Under the pieces are notes generated by a model. It saw nothing but the letters and a program-made list of their open reading frames with translations, did no database searches and was not told where the DNA came from. The position numbers and the translations under genes were made by a program. Of a DNA stretch of 64,000 bases, positions 1-13,871 are shown piece after piece; the first letter of the stretch is position 1, and the number at the start of each line of letters is the position of its first letter. The stretch comes from Octopus bimaculoides. Lineage: Eukaryota. The stretch lies in assembly GCF_001194135.2 (NCBI RefSeq), contig NC_068994.1:57957651-58021650 (forward strand), given 5' to 3'.

Positions 1-140
1 GTATAGGTAAATAAATATTATAGAAAACGAATGCATACAACGGAATAGAGGTTGAGTGCTTTGGTAACGGAATAGGAATGTCTGTTGACATGCGCAACAT
101 CAACTGTCGAATCTAACCATAATAATAGTCAAGATGGCGG
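1..140 (+). repeat. Exact duplicate of 612-751 (attractin 5' region including the ATG), adjacent to a gap
   Basis: Base-for-base identical by eye and ends at the N run starting at 141; probably an unmerged contig overlap. Confidence 0.85.
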
Positions 141-504
141 NNNNNNNNNNNNNNNNNNNNNNNNNNNNNNNNNNNNNNNNNNNNNNNNNNNNNNNNNNNN
201 NNNNNNNNNNNNNNNNNNNNNNNNNNNNNNNNNNNNNNNNNNNNNNNNNNNNNNNNNNNNNNNNNNNNNNNNNNNNNNNNNNNNNNNNNNNNNNNNNNNN
301 NNNNNNNNNNNNNNNNNNNNNNNNNNNNNNNNNNNNNNNNNNNNNNNNNNNNNNNNNNNNNNNNNNNNNNNNNNNNNNNNNNNNNNNNNNNNNNNNNNNN
401 NNNNNNNNNNNNNNNNNNNNNNNNNNNNNNNNNNNNNNNNNNNNNNNNNNNNNNNNNNNNNNNNNNNNNNNNNNNNNNNNNNNNNNNNNNNNNNNNNNNN
501 NNNN

Positions 505-547
<43 letters not shown>

Positions 548-740
548 TTATTTATTTATATATATATTTTTTTATGTACATATATTTATTTATATACACA
601 ATCTTATGTAGGTATAGGTAAATAAATATTATAGAAAACGAATGCATACAACGGAATAGAGGTTGAGTGCTTTGGTAACGGAATAGGAATGTCTGTTGAC
701 ATGCGCAACATCAACTGTCGAATCTAACCATAATAATAGT

Positions 741-751
741 CAAGATGGCGG
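741..751 (+). promoter_or_regulatory. CAAGATGGCGG, a YY1-type motif overlapping the start codon
   Basis: CAAGATGGCGG matches the YY1 consensus often found over the ATG of housekeeping genes; motif match only. Confidence 0.4.
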
Positions 752-1001
752 AAATTGCGATGTTTGTGGTTCAGACCAAGTCTAAATACAGGTTAACATG
801 TCGTTCGTTGGAATATCTGCTGTGCCTAATCCTCTGCCATTTACTATTCCTCGTCTTGGTCGCCTCCAATAGTTCGTTATCGACATGTAGTCGCAAGCGC
901 AACGACTCCAATTGCTACCAGGGCGAGTGTCGGAACGGAACCTGTCAGTGTTACATCGGCTGGACTGGCAATTACTGTGACCATTGTTTGGGGAGACAGA
1001 A
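745..1001 (+). CDS. ATRN: Attractin exon 1: signal peptide and first EGF
   Basis: MAEIAMF..., hydrophobic YLLCLILCHLLFLVLVA, EGF CYQGECRNGTCQCYIGWTGNYCDHCLGRQ; donor AA|GTAAGT at 1002, phase 2. Confidence 0.9.
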
Positions 1002-2107
1002 GTAAGTGACAAACACCCTCACCGCATCCTCATCACACTCATATCTATTACCTCTCTTTCAAAGCACTTTTCAATTATATATCGCTATATATCTCTATGT
1101 AATTGCTAATTGATTGACCCTGTGTGTGTGTGCTTATCTAATTACTATTTATCGCACTGTCTATCTATTAGTCTCGTTAATTGTCTGTCTATCTTTCTAT
1201 AAATCCATTTGTCTCTCTCTGAATATTTGTATTTTTCTCTCTCTCTCCTTCACAATATCCAGTTATATACGTACACAACACATCCTTTTGCTATATATAT
1301 ATATATATATATATTCAGTTATATAAGGGCATTACTATACAATAATGCCTCACGCTTAGAGGGACTTCATAAGTCAAAACTACCAAAATTATATATATTT
1401 ATGGAAAAATAAATGATGGGTTTTTTTCCTTATGAGGTTTTTTCACGCTGACTACTTGATAAATTCTTATAAAGATTTTATCCTTACATTATATTATATA
1501 TATAAATATATATATATATATTTATTTATATAAGGGCATTACTATACANNNNNNNNNNNNNNNNNNNNNNNNNNNNNNNNNNNNNNNNNNNNNNNNNNNN
1601 NNNNNNNNNNNNNNNNNNNNNNNNNNNNNNNNNNNNNNNNNNNNNNNNNNNNNNNNNNNNNNNNNNNNNNNNNNNNNNNNNNNNNNNNNNNNNNNNNNNN
1701 NNNNNNNNNNNNNNNNNNNNNNNNNNNNNNNNNNNNNNNNNNNNNNNNNNNNNNNNNNNNNNNNNNNNNNNNNNNNNNNNNNNNNNNNNNNNNNNNNNNN
1801 NNNNNNNNNNNNNNNNNNNNNNNNNNNNNNNNNNNNNNNNNNNNNNNNNNNNNNNNNNNNNNNNNNNNNNNNNNNNNNNNNNNNNNNNNNNNNNNNNNNN
1901 NNNNNNNNNNNNNNNNNNNNNNNNNNNNNNNNNNNNNNNNNNNNNNNNNNNNNNNNNNNNNNNNNNNNNNNNNNNNNNNNNNNNNNNNNNNNNNNNNNNN
2001 NNNNNNNNNNNNNNNNNNNNNNNNNNNNNNNNNNNNNNNNNNNNNNNNNNNNNNNNNNNNNNNNNNNNNNNNNNNNNNNNNNNNNNNNNNNNNNNNNNNN
2101 NNNNNNN

Positions 2108-2156
<49 letters not shown>

Positions 2157-2554
2157 GTGTGTGTGTATAATATAGTAAAGAGTGCGAAATGTATAACTCA
2201 AAAGCCTTCTCTTGTGTTTCCTTTATTTCACTCTCTTAGTTCCATCTTACTGGATGGAACCCTCCCACACAGACATTACGTAGTCACACGCAATGATAGC
2301 ACCCCCCTCTCCCGAGGGCCCCAGGGACATAATTTCGAGCTGGCGCTTAGCATAGGATTTAGTTGGCTTTGAGTAGGTGGAGACCGAATCTCTTCCTGAT
2401 TAGAAGGACTCCAGCAAAATATTACAGGTGACATTCTTGCAAGAATTGGTTTTGTCCTCTGTCGATACGTGAACCGAGGCACGTAGAACAGTATGTGTAT
2501 GTATGTGCATTTCTGTGACTATGTATGTATTTGTATGTTTATAGTGTGTGTGTG

Positions 2555-2593
<39 letters not shown>

Positions 2594-3449
2594 GTGTGTG
2601 TGTAATTATCTCTACATTTACCAGTATCAGTTTTTTCTGAACCTTATCTATCTATCGTTTGTACGTGCACTAAATGTAAACGTAAGTAAACAATCGTAGA
2701 ATGGAACCGCAATCACCCCAGAATGCCTGTGATCTTACCACTTGTCAATTAAACTGTTTGGACTGTGTTAGCTGTCATTTCTGTTTACACTGAACTTTTG
2801 CGATTTGTGTGATCAAGATGTGTGTGGTGAAATGTATTTTCTTTCAGTTTTCGTAGTTTATTAGATTGCTGGATTCTAGTGATAACGCTTGATGTTCTGA
2901 TTTCGAATTCTATCGGAGTCAGCTTTTCTCTTCAACCTTTTAGAAGTCAATAAAATAAAGTACTGTCAAGTACCGGAATCGATTTTTTTTCTATTCCTTC
3001 TCACACACCGCACAAACCGGTGTGATCTCCATTCGCTTATCAGACGAATGACAATGTCAATGCCAAGAGTAAGTTGAAAAGCAGGAGTCTTGGTTTCGGA
3101 GCATTGTCACAGAGAAATCACCTTTTGGCCCAAGTGGCAAGTCTGCTTGACCGGATGGACCGATGTGATGCGTTTCACTTGGACTGATAAAGAATATGGG
3201 CGCGCGCGCACACACACACCTACATATTCTTTTCCTTGTTCCAGTCTGTCGGCAGTGAACATACTGGGGCAACACCATTGTGTGTGTGTGTGCATGTGTG
3301 TACGAGTGTGTATATGTAAATATATGTGTATCTAACTGTATATTTATGTGTATGCGAATGCTTGTGTATGAATAGATGCATGTGTTCGTAGATATCTATG
3401 TATGTGTATGTATATAATGCATAGTGTAAACCATTATGTCCAGCATTCT

Positions 3450-4510
3450 CTGATTTGGCAAAGGCCTTTGGCTGGTTACCACGTTTATTAATTGGGGTTC
3501 ACTAAGAAAAAAGATGTAGATAAACGGTTTGTGTGGGCTGTACAAGCCTTTTACAAAGATGAAGTAGAGGGAATAAAGTCAGTAATGATTTCAGTGACGG
3601 GTGTAATGTAAAAGCAGGGTCCTTTAAGATTTAGTCTTTTCCTGTTCATCTTCGTTGTGCAGACCATAACAGAAGGATTTTAGATTAGCTGTCCATGGAA
3701 ACTCCTATATGCTGCTAGTTTAGTCCTCATTATTGAATTTTTATTGAAATTAGAGAGGAAATAATGGGCATGGAAGCTAAACCTAGAATTAAGAGGCCTC
3801 AAGGTAAACTTAGCAAAGACTAAACTGGAAAGATGGGGCTCTGGTATGATCAAGGAAATGACTTTGCTCAGTATGCAGAAAAAGAGTTGGTGTAAACCTC
3901 ATATACTGCATCCTGTGTAAGCAATGGACATACAATGTGCAGTGGGGAAGGTCGGTTTCATATTTGACAGATGCATTGGAGCAATACATGCTGAGAGCAC
4001 ACCGGAAATAGATTCTCTTAAATGCTCAGATGACTCATAACTAGTTGTCGATAGCCTCTGTTGCTCAGGAGTCGTAATTTACACGGGAGGTGATTACTTT
4101 GAAAGTATTGTAGCTAAAGTTGGAATTGGTTGGGAAAAGTTCAGGGAGCCATTACCACTGCTGGTGACAACGGTCTGCAATACTGGATGGTAGAGACAAG
4201 GGCCTTGAGTGCAGAAGACTTGCAAAGATGATAAAGAAACAAAACTAGTGTGCTTCGGTGGATGTGTAATGCTGGTGTGCGTGAATGCCAGGGTAGAAAT
4301 GAATTAAGAGAAATTAGGTGTAGGGTGCAAGAGAGCAGGGTGCATGTGTGTGTGTGTGTGTGTGGGGAATTGGCTGCATACAAAAGTGCTAAGTACTTTA
4401 AATTGGTGCAGTCTGTAGAAGAGGGAAACCTTGGGATGAAGTGGTGAAGGCTGATCTGAGGATGTTGCATCACATGCAGGAGATGAAAAAGGACTATCTT
4501 GATTGTCCAT
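3450..4510 (+). mobile_element. Degenerate RTE-like LINE reverse transcriptase remnant
   Basis: Disrupted motifs DLAKAF, CPWKLLYA, GLKVNLAKTK, VDSLC and GIGWEKFRE(P)LPLLVT; many stops and frameshifts. Confidence 0.75.
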
Positions 4511-4729
4511 ATTCTTTTAGTCATTTGACTGTGGCCATGCTGGAGCACCGCCTTTAGTTGAACAAATCAACCCCAGCACTTATTCTTTGTTAGCCTAGTA
4601 CTTATTCTATCAGTCTCTTTTGCCGAACTGCTAAGTTATGGAGACGAAAACACACCAGCATTGGTTGTCAAGTGATGTTGGGGGGACAAACACAGACACA
4701 CACACACACACATGCATACATACATCATC

Positions 4730-4871
4730 ATCATCATCGTTTAACGTCCGCTTTCCATGCTAGCATGGGTTGGACGATTTGACTGAGGACTGGTGAAACC
4801 AGATGGCTACACCAGGCTCCAATCTGATTTGGCAGAGTTTCTACAGCTGGATGCCCTTCCTAACGCCAACC
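4730..4871 (-). mobile_element. (GAT)n-tailed retroelement 3' end
   Basis: CATCATCATCGTTTAACGTCCGCTTTCCATGCTAGCATGGGTTGGACG...GGATGCCCTTCCTAACGCCAACC, cut by a gap. Confidence 0.75.
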
Positions 4872-5517
4872 NNNNNNNNNNNNNNNNNNNNNNNNNNNNN
4901 NNNNNNNNNNNNNNNNNNNNNNNNNNNNNNNNNNNNNNNNNNNNNNNNNNNNNNNNNNNNNNNNNNNNNNNNNNNNNNNNNNNNNNNNNNNNNNNNNNNN
5001 NNNNNNNNNNNNNNNNNNNNNNNNNNNNNNNNNNNNNNNNNNNNNNNNNNNNNNNNNNNNNNNNNNNNNNNNNNNNNNNNNNNNNNNNNNNNNNNNNNNN
5101 NNNNNNNNNNNNNNNNNNNNNNNNNNNNNNNNNNNNNNNNNNNNNNNNNNNNNNNNNNNNNNNNNNNNNNNNNNNNNNNNNNNNNNNNNNNNNNNNNNNN
5201 NNNNNNNNNNNNNNNNNNNNNNNNNNNNNNNNNNNNNNNNNNNNNNNNNNNNNNNNNNNNNNNNNNNNNNNNNNNNNNNNNNNNNNNNNNNNNNNNNNNN
5301 NNNNNNNNNNNNNNNNNNNNNNNNNNNNNNNNNNNNNNNNNNNNNNNNNNNNNNNNNNNNNNNNNNNNNNNNNNNNNNNNNNNNNNNNNNNNNNNNNNNN
5401 NNNNNNNNNNNNNNNNNNNNNNNNNNNNNNNNNNNNNNNNNNNNNNNNNNNNNNNNNNNNNNNNNNNNNNNNNNNNNNNNNNNNNNNNNNNNNNNNNNNN
5501 NNNNNNNNNNNNNNNNN

Positions 5518-5565
<48 letters not shown>

Positions 5566-6397
5566 CATATATATGTATGTATTGCAGGCATTGCTGTGTG
5601 GTAAGAAGGTTGCTTCCCAACCACATGGTTCCAGGTTCAGTCCCACTGTGTGGCACCTTGAACAAGTGCCTTCTACTATAGCCTCAGACTGACCAAAGCC
5701 TTTGTGAGTTGATTTGGTAGATAGAAATTGAAAGAAGCCTGTTGTATATATATTTAGTAGAAGCAGAGATTCAAGCTGGCAGAAACATTAGCATGCTGGG
5801 CAAAATGCTTAGTTGTATTTCGTCTGCCATTACATTCTGAGTTCAAATTCCGCCAATACATGCACTTTACTTTTGATTTTCCTTAACTATGGTTTTCAGA
5901 AGCTCAATATTCACAGAACTTGGTCATCCAGTCCAAGCGGAATCTGATAGAAAAATTTCTGGCCAAGTCATCATTGGAACATATCTTACTTCATCCAGTA
6001 GGAATGGGAGCTCGTATTCCTTCTCCAAACTTCCATTCCAAAAGAACCTGGATTGCAAGCTCCAATTTCTGTAATGCACACACTGCCATACACTTCCACA
6101 CACACACACACACACACTGCCATACACTTCCACACACACACCTAACAATACACTGTTGCAACCTTTCCATGCATACGCACAAGCACACACATACGCATAT
6201 AAACAAACACTATGCACACACACACACACACACACACAGAGGTCCCTATAAATACACAAACAAAGCATGCATTTTGAGAAATAGCACACACACACATGTC
6301 TACATTGTACACACTCACTCAGTGTGTGACCACACACTCTAATACATCTACAAACATGCACTCCCAACTAACGAGTGTATCCATTGCTCCCATATTT

Positions 6398-6428
<31 letters not shown>

Positions 6429-6645
6429 ATCCATGCAGCACACCCGTAACTGACATATACCCTCTACCCACTTCCAGTACACTTCACACCCACTGCTTTA
6501 ACCCTTTAGCATTTCAATAAACCGACCACATCCACCGCAAGTATTCTGCCTGTTTTAAGTTCAAACTGACCAGATTCGGCCTCTCATACTTATCCTACAA
6601 TGTCATTCTTAAAATATGCAATCACATCGTTGAAATTACTTTTAT

Positions 6646-6927
6646 TTGTTTCACTCATTTGACTGCAGCCATGCTGAAGCACCGCTAAGTTATGGAGACG
6701 TAAACACAGCAACAGCGGTTGTAAAGCAATGGTGGTGGTGGGGACAAAGACCGACACACACACACACGATGGGCTTTCTTCAGTTTCCGTCTACCAAATC
6801 CGCTCACAAGGTTTTGGTCGGTCTGAGGCTATAGTAGAAGACACTTGCCCAAGGTGCCACGCAGCGGGACTGAACCCGGAACTATGTGGTTGGTAAGCGA
6901 GCTTATTACCACACAGCCATGCCTGCA
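6646..6927 (-). mobile_element. tRNA-derived SINE, family A
   Basis: Reverse complement of the head GCAGG..GGCTGTGTGGTAA...GGTTCAGTCCC plus body CCTTGGGCAAGTGTCTTCTACTATAGCC; many near-identical copies in the window. Confidence 0.8.
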
Positions 6928-7199
6928 CTTAAGCTACAAGATAATGTGTGATTAATTCCAAACGATGGGAATAAACAAGGATTACATTTGATGGAGGAGT
7001 TAGCTGATTGCTGAAGAGTTCGGACAACACAAATACATAAAATTGTGTAGCTGCCCTAAACGGTGCCCTCCACTGTCCACTCTCATACACAAGCACTCCC
7101 TCTTCTACCTGCTCAGCCATTGTGTCCCTTGCATGCCCTCTGCACTCTTTGTCCTCCTCCTCCTCCTGCATCTGTTTCCTTCCAGATATCATTCTTTTA

Positions 7200-7523
7200 T
7201 CTTTTACTCATTTCAGTCGTTAGACTGTGGCCCCACTTTCGAGAATTTTAATCAAATGAATCAACCCTGGTTCTTATGATTTTTAACCCTGTTACTTACT
7301 TTATCGATATCTGTTGCTGAATCGCTAAGTCATGGTGATGTAAACATACTAACACCAGTTGTCAAGTGATGGTGGGGGGACAAACACACACACAGTGGGC
7401 TTCTTTCAGTTTTCATCTGCTAAATCCTCTCACATGACTTTGGTAGAAGACACTTAGGTGCCACACAGTGTGACTGAACCTGAAACCATATGGTTTGGAA
7501 GCAAGCTTCTTACCACGCAGCCA
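7200..7523 (-). mobile_element. SINE family A copy
   Basis: Same blocks as the 6646 copy, more diverged. Confidence 0.7.
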
Positions 7524-10500
7524 CACATTTTCTTAATTTTTGTTGTCTTTGTTTATCCTCCCTTTTGTAGAGCAAAAATCTTCTCACATCTGTGCATACA
7601 TGGACACCCACTGTCCATGTACAAACAAGAAATGCAATTTAAATTGCACATGTACAATGCAGTATAAATGTATGATGATGGTTGCCAAAATATACCAACT
7701 CATGTGCATAACATCCATATCGTTCTGATGCAAATGTACACATGCTCTCCCTCTCTCTCTCACACACACACACATTCATATACAGACCCTGCATCCTCAC
7801 ATACACAGCTACCCATACTGTGAAAATACACTTAAGCCACACACACATACCCAACACAGATAATCACACACACAACCCCATGCAAAATGTGCACACATCG
7901 CCCACATACACCTATACATCTACCAACAAGCTAAAACAATGCATATTTGCACATCAAGACATGCACATATGCACCATGCTCACCCCTATAGACATCCATG
8001 CACCAATGTTACATACATTCACTCACTTTATGAAGCAGCAATCGCTCACCTTGCTAGATACTTTTTCTCTTTCCCCGCCCTCTTAATTTTAATTTTTTAA
8101 TATTTCTTCTCTCTTTCCTTTTCGTTTTGATGAAGGATTCACGTTCGAAACGTTAGGCATTTTCTTTTTTGTTTGGGCATTAAACGAACAATTTTACGAT
8201 CATGGTACGTTATTTTGACTGTTTTTTTTTTTTTTGTTCTTAATGCATTTGTGTCTAAGATGTTCCTTCGTCGTTCCATGCATGAGAAGGTCGTATAGTT
8301 GACTTTTCATGACAAGAATTATCCGCCAGTGAGTGACAACCCTCACTTATTTATAAACACACACTCAAGCTCTGTCGTAACGCGCACACGCAAACACAGA
8401 TACTCACAAAATCCATGTATACATGATGACAACTTGAATCGTGTGGTCGTAGTTTAAACGAAATACAGCTGGGATGAGTCAGTCAATGGATGGCTGTGTA
8501 TCTGTCTCCTCCTCCATAGACTTAGTGTATGTGTGTGTATGTAATATATATATATATATATATAGTGATACAATGGTTGAAAACTGTATATTGAGACATG
8601 GCGCAATTATATAGCACGAGTGTGTGTGTGTGTGTATATGTGGTTGTTATTCAATAAAGTACTATTGTGTATATATTATTTAAGATGGAGATTTTGTCAT
8701 GTGTAACAAGGAGAGAGGTGGGTGGGGACGACGTACTTTTTGTCTGTTTTGCTCCTGTTTTCCACCACCCTGTGTCTCTTGTTGCGGGATGGGATTGGTA
8801 GTGGTGAACATAGTGTGTGTCAGGGTGGAGTGTAGTGGCGGTGGTGTGTGTGTGCGTGTGTGTCTGAGACATGGTGGGGAGACACTAGGTAGGATGTAGA
8901 TGATGGTGATGAAGAACGGCAGTGAGTATGGTGGTGGTGGTGGGNNNNNNNNNNNNNNNNNNNNNNNNNNNNNNNNNNNNNNNNNNNNNNNNNNNNNNNN
9001 NNNNNNNNNNNNNNNNNNNNNNNNNNNNNNNNNNNNNNNNNNNNNNNNNNNNNNNNNNNNNNNNNNNNNNNNNNNNNNNNNNNNNNNNNNNNNNNNNNNN
9101 NNNNNNNNNNNNNNNNNNNNNNNNNNNNNNNNNNNNNNNNNNNNNNNNNNNNNNNNNNNNNNNNNNNNNNNNNNNNNNNNNNNNNNNNNNNNNNNNNNNN
9201 NNNNNNNNNNNNNNNNNNNNNNNNNNNNNNNNNNNNNNNNNNNNNNNNNNNNNNNNNNNNNNNNNNNNNNNNNNNNNNNNNNNNNNNNNNNNNNNNNNNN
9301 NNNNNNNNNNNNNNNNNNNNNNNNNNNNNNNNNNNNNNNNNNNNNNNNNNNNNNNNNNNNNNNNNNNNNNNNNNNNNNNNNNNNNNNNNNNNNNNNNNNN
9401 NNNNNNNNNNNNNNNNNNNNNNNNNNNNNNNNNNNNNNNNNNNNNNNNNNNNNNNNNNNNNNNNNNNNNNNNNNNNNNNNNNNNNNNNNNNNNNNNNNNN
9501 NNNNNNNNNNNNNNNNNNNNNNNNNNNNNNNNNNNNNNNNNNNNNNNNNNNNNNNNNNGCTGTACGATTGTACGAAGAACCGACTTTAGTGGAATTTATG
9601 AGGATTATTATTATTGTTGTTGTTTTTGTTATAATCGCAGACGACATCGTCATAACTGTCATTATCATAATCCTTTTTCTTATTTGTGCAAATAATCCTA
9701 TCTCTTTCCTCGCTCTCTTAGTGTCTCTCTAATATATTCCGTAATTAAGTAATGTGTCTCGTGTTTGTAGTGTGTGAATGTGTGTGTGTGTTTGCGTACA
9801 AACTCCTCTCTTTGAGTACCTTGTCCCCTTCTGTCTCACCTGTTTTTGTTTCGTATATCATCAGGGACGCTTTCTACATTTCATTCATGACAAACGAAAC
9901 CGGTAGCCATACGAATCTTAGTTTTCCAATTGACTAACCATGCAACTCACTTTTCAAGGATGACATTTGCATTAGAAACCACACTTCCTTTTATTACCAT
10001 CATTCTTGTTGTTCAACCCCAGGTCATCTGCGATCAGTCCCACCTATGACCGAAAATGTTCTAACCACGATTAGTCTGTCTTTTTTTTTTTTCTGTTTTG
10101 TACATCTAGTACTACATCCTCCAATGTATTTTCCTCACCTTTTTAAAGTCAGTGTGGTGTGATTTTAATGAGATTTCGCTGCTATTTTTAGCATTTGGAT
10201 CGATCCCATAGAAACCCCGTCTTTGCCCTAAATGTGGACGTGCAGGTGATGGTGCCAGTGTGAATCATATTGTGAAATAGCAGAGTCTATAAGCTGTAAT
10301 AATACTGTCGTGAAACTCCCCTCATCTTCAGTGATCCTCATCAGCTGCCGTGCATCATCTCCTCCTCCTCTTGATGAGCAATGTAGTGGTAGAGGTGGGG
10401 GTGGTGGTGACATCGGATGTTATCATTGCATTTCAAAGAAGGTGAGAGTTCTCACCAGAGTCAAATGAAACTCCCCTCTCACCATCACTGCTGCTGTTCG

Positions 10501-10794
10501 TAATGTTGTACAGCATGATTCAGTGACACCATGGCTATTATACAGCCACTGTTGTTGTTGGTGGTGTTGCTGTTCTACTTGAGTTAGTACCATATTACGA
10601 CTACCTCTTCTTCCCTGATCTACATCCCTGCTCTTCTTTCCCACAAATACACCTGTCACTAATAACCATTAGCATTTTAACCACTGTCATCGTCATAACA
10701 ACCACCACCACCACCACCACCAGTATTACCATTGATACCATTTAAGGTGGCAAGCTGACAGAGTTGTCTGCACGCTGAGCAAAATCCTGAGAGG

Positions 10795-11149
10795 TGTTTC
10801 AGTCACTTGACTGCGGCCATGCTGGAGCACCACCTTTAGTCGAACAAATCGACCCCAGAACTTATTCTTTGTAGGCCTAGTACTTATTCTATCGGTCTCT
10901 TTTGCCGAACCTCTAAGTTACAGGGATGTAAACACACCAGCATCGGTTGTCAAGTGGTGGTGGGGGGACAAACAGACACACACACATAGGACAGGCTTCT
11001 TTCAGTTTCCGTCTATCAAATCCACTCACAAGGCTTTGGTTGGCCTGAGACTATAGTAGAAGACACTTGCCCAAGGTGCCACACAGTGGGACTGAACCTG
11101 GAACTATGTAGTTGATAAGGATGCTACTTACCACACAGCCACTCCTGCA
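10795..11149 (-). mobile_element. SINE family A copy, near full length
   Basis: GACTGCGGCCATGCTGGAGCACC...AGAAGACACTTGCCCAAGGTGCCAC...CCACACAGCCACTCCTGCAC. Confidence 0.85.
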
Positions 11150-11289
11150 CTGAGTTCAAATTCTGCCAAGGTCGGCTCTGCCTTTCATCCTTTTGCAGGA
11201 TCAATAGAATAAGTACCAGTTGAACACTGGGGTTTCTCTCAGCACTGAAATTGCCGGCCTTCTGTCCAAATTTGAGCCGAATATCAGTG

Positions 11290-11510
11290 GCAGAGTCATC
11301 AGTGTGCCATGCAAAATGCTTAGAGGCATTTCGTCCATCTTCATGTTCTGAGTTCAAATTCCACCAAGGTCAACTTTGCCTTTCATTCTTTTTTTGGGGG
11401 GGGGGTTGATAAATTAAGCACCAGTTGCATACTGGGGTCGATCTAATCGACTAGCCCCCTCCCCCCCAAAAAAATTTCAGGCCTTGTGCCTAGAGTAGAA
11501 AAGAATTATG
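11290..11510 (+). mobile_element. SINE family B copy
   Basis: GGCAGAGTCATCAG...GAGTTCAAATTCCACCAAGGTCAACTTTGCC...GGCCTTGTGCCTAGAGTAGAAAAG. Confidence 0.75.
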
Positions 11511-12673
11511 AACGCCCTGTGTTCTTATGTATATAATGTGGACTTCACTTTTTAGGACAATAGGGTTTGAGTTGCCATGCAATGCTGTATTACAAACTCA
11601 CATCACCAACACATACACCATACAGTCTCTTCAGCCACTACAAGTCCTCTAACTTCACAGCTTCACAACATCACACCACTGATACATATTCCATACACAT
11701 TCACCAGTTTTCTTTACCCCCTTGACTGTCACTGATTCCAAAAGGCTCTCACAGTTTCATTACCCTTTGTCATCAGACTTTTACAATTTGCATTATTGAA
11801 TTCTAGCTTTCTGAAATCTTCACGTAATCTTTCTCACTTTTGTCTCTTATATGTATTTCACTGGTTGTTTTAGTTATCTAATGTCTCTCGATTGGTTCAG
11901 TTTGTACAGAAATGTGACCTTTACCCTCACTCTTTGTGTGTCTTCTTCAATTATGTATGTTTGTGAAGATACAGTGTATTAACTATGACGGTGATGCTTA
12001 TGATGTCCTTTATTTTAATTGTGTCTTCACCGGTTTTAAACGAACCAGGTCTACTAATTGAATATATATATATATATATCTTTATCAGTGTCCAAAGTAT
12101 GTGATTACCCAATTAACTTATTCTAATTAAATTACTCTTCTATAAATCATGTGTATTGCTTGTGTATGGGAGTGCATGTACCAACACAATACATGACTTT
12201 GCTTTTCATTTCCTTGTTTCATACCATTTTTGCTCTGTTAAATACTACAAGAGTTAGTGTCTTTTTCATCCTGCTCCCATCACTGATGTCCTCAGGGGCC
12301 TTAACTTTAGACATATTGTTGTTAATAGTTTATTGAATACATATGCTGTATGTCATATCTTCTTTGATATATGTAAATATTGATATCTCTCTATGCTGTA
12401 TCTGCAGCAATATCTGCCTGTGCTAGTGTCTGTGTTGAAATCTCTTTCTAATTTACTATTGATATCTATTGATATCTATTGATATCTGTGTTGGTATTTG
12501 TCTTTGCTGGTGTCTGCATTGGTAAGTGAACATTCCGAAACTCTTCTCAAAGAGGGAATTTGTTCTGTGTTGCCTCAGCCCTGCCAAAAATCTCACAGAT
12601 TTGGAGTCACCAGCAGCAAGCCATCATTTGCTTTGTGGAATTCATAGCAACTTTTGATGCTGTTGATTGCAGG

Positions 12674-12936
12674 CAGGGCTGTCCAGTTGAAACAAAAAAC
12701 TTTGACTCCAACTCTTGTACTATTGCCACCTCTGACTCTGCTTCTGACTCCAACTTTGACTCCTCTTTATGTAATTAAGTGATTGTGGTCTACATATCTC
12801 ATAAAGCATATACTTATACTTGTACTTTGAGTCGGCGAATAAAGACATTGTGAGTCGGAATCAGAGTCGGTATAGTTTTACCGACTCCAACTCCAGCTAC
12901 CTATTAATTGTTTCTAACTCCGACTCCACAGCCCTG
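12674..12936. mobile_element. Probable hAT-type MITE with GAGTCG/CGACTC subterminal repeats
   Basis: Ends CAGGGCTG and CAGCCCTG; many GACTCC/GAGTCG motifs; flanks ATTGCAGG and CTTGAAGG (6/8, degraded TSD). Confidence 0.55.
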
Positions 12937-13042
12937 CTTGAAGGGTTTAATTGAAGAAACCCGGTACTTTGTTTTTGTGTGTAATGAGCTTTCTTAACAG
13001 GTAAAATAGAGATGGCCAAGTTAAAACTATGAATATTATTAA

Positions 13043-13398
13043 GGCATGGCTGTGTGGTAAGAGGTTCTGGGTTCAGTCCCATTGTGTGGCACCTTGGGTA
13101 AGTGTCTTCCACTACAGCGTTGCGTCAACCAAAGCCTTGTGAGTGGATTTGCGTGATGGAAACTGAAAGAAGCCTGTTGTGTGTGTGTGTGTGTGTGTGT
13201 GTTTGTCCTCCACTACTGCTTGACCAACCGGTGTTAGTTTATTTATATCCCCATAACTTAGTAGTTCAACAAAAGAGACTGACAGAGTAAGTACCAGGCT
13301 TTAAAAAAATTGCTGGGGTCAATTTGTTCAACTAAAAACTCTGCCACATGGTGCCCCAGCATGACCGCAGTTCTGATGACTGAAACATTCAAAAGAGA
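13043..13398 (+). mobile_element. SINE family A copy
   Basis: GGCTGTGTGGTAAGAGGTTCTGGGTTCAGTCCC...AAGCCTTGTGAGTGGATTT...ATGACTGAAACA. Confidence 0.75.
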
Positions 13399-13673
13399 TT
13401 ATAAAGTAAATTATTTCCTATTAACCCTTTAGCAGTTAAACTGACCCTTTTAATCCAACAAAAATATTCTACTTGTTTCATGTTCAAGTCTGCTAGATCT
13501 GGCCTGTCACATACTCGACAATGTCATTCTAAAAATAAATTACCACATTCATTGAAATTTTGAAGCTATGAGATAATCCCGGATTAATTCAAAACTGTTT
13601 TATATTTAAGAGATGAAGAATTATTTACATTATTTACATTTGACAGATATTTGTCCTCATCTTGTTTGTTGTT

Positions 13674-13719
13674 AACACAACGTTTCGGCTGATATACCCT
13701 CCAGCCTTCATCAGGTGTC
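13674..13719 (-). ncRNA. Minimal type I hammerhead ribozyme motif, intact
   Basis: Minus strand reads GACAC-CTGATGA-A-GGCTG(gagggtatat)CAGCC-GAAA-CG-TT-GTGTT: conserved core, 5-bp stem II, palindromic AACGTT stem III, stem I GACAC/GTGTT. Confidence 0.7.
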
Positions 13720-13871
13720 TTGGGTATATGGTGTAGTGGTTAAGAGCACAGGCTACTAACCCCAAGATTCTGAATTCAATTCCAAGCAATGATCTAAATA
13801 ATAATTATAATAATAACAACAACATCGAAAAATACCTTAGGAATGAGAACCCAGGTTCGAAATTTCCCCAA

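Noticed and set aside
2200-2485. Relatively GC-rich unique stretch in intron 1 with short ORFs on both strands
   Set aside because: No recognisable protein motif or splice pair; it could be regulatory or a repeat, but nothing in the sequence supports a call.
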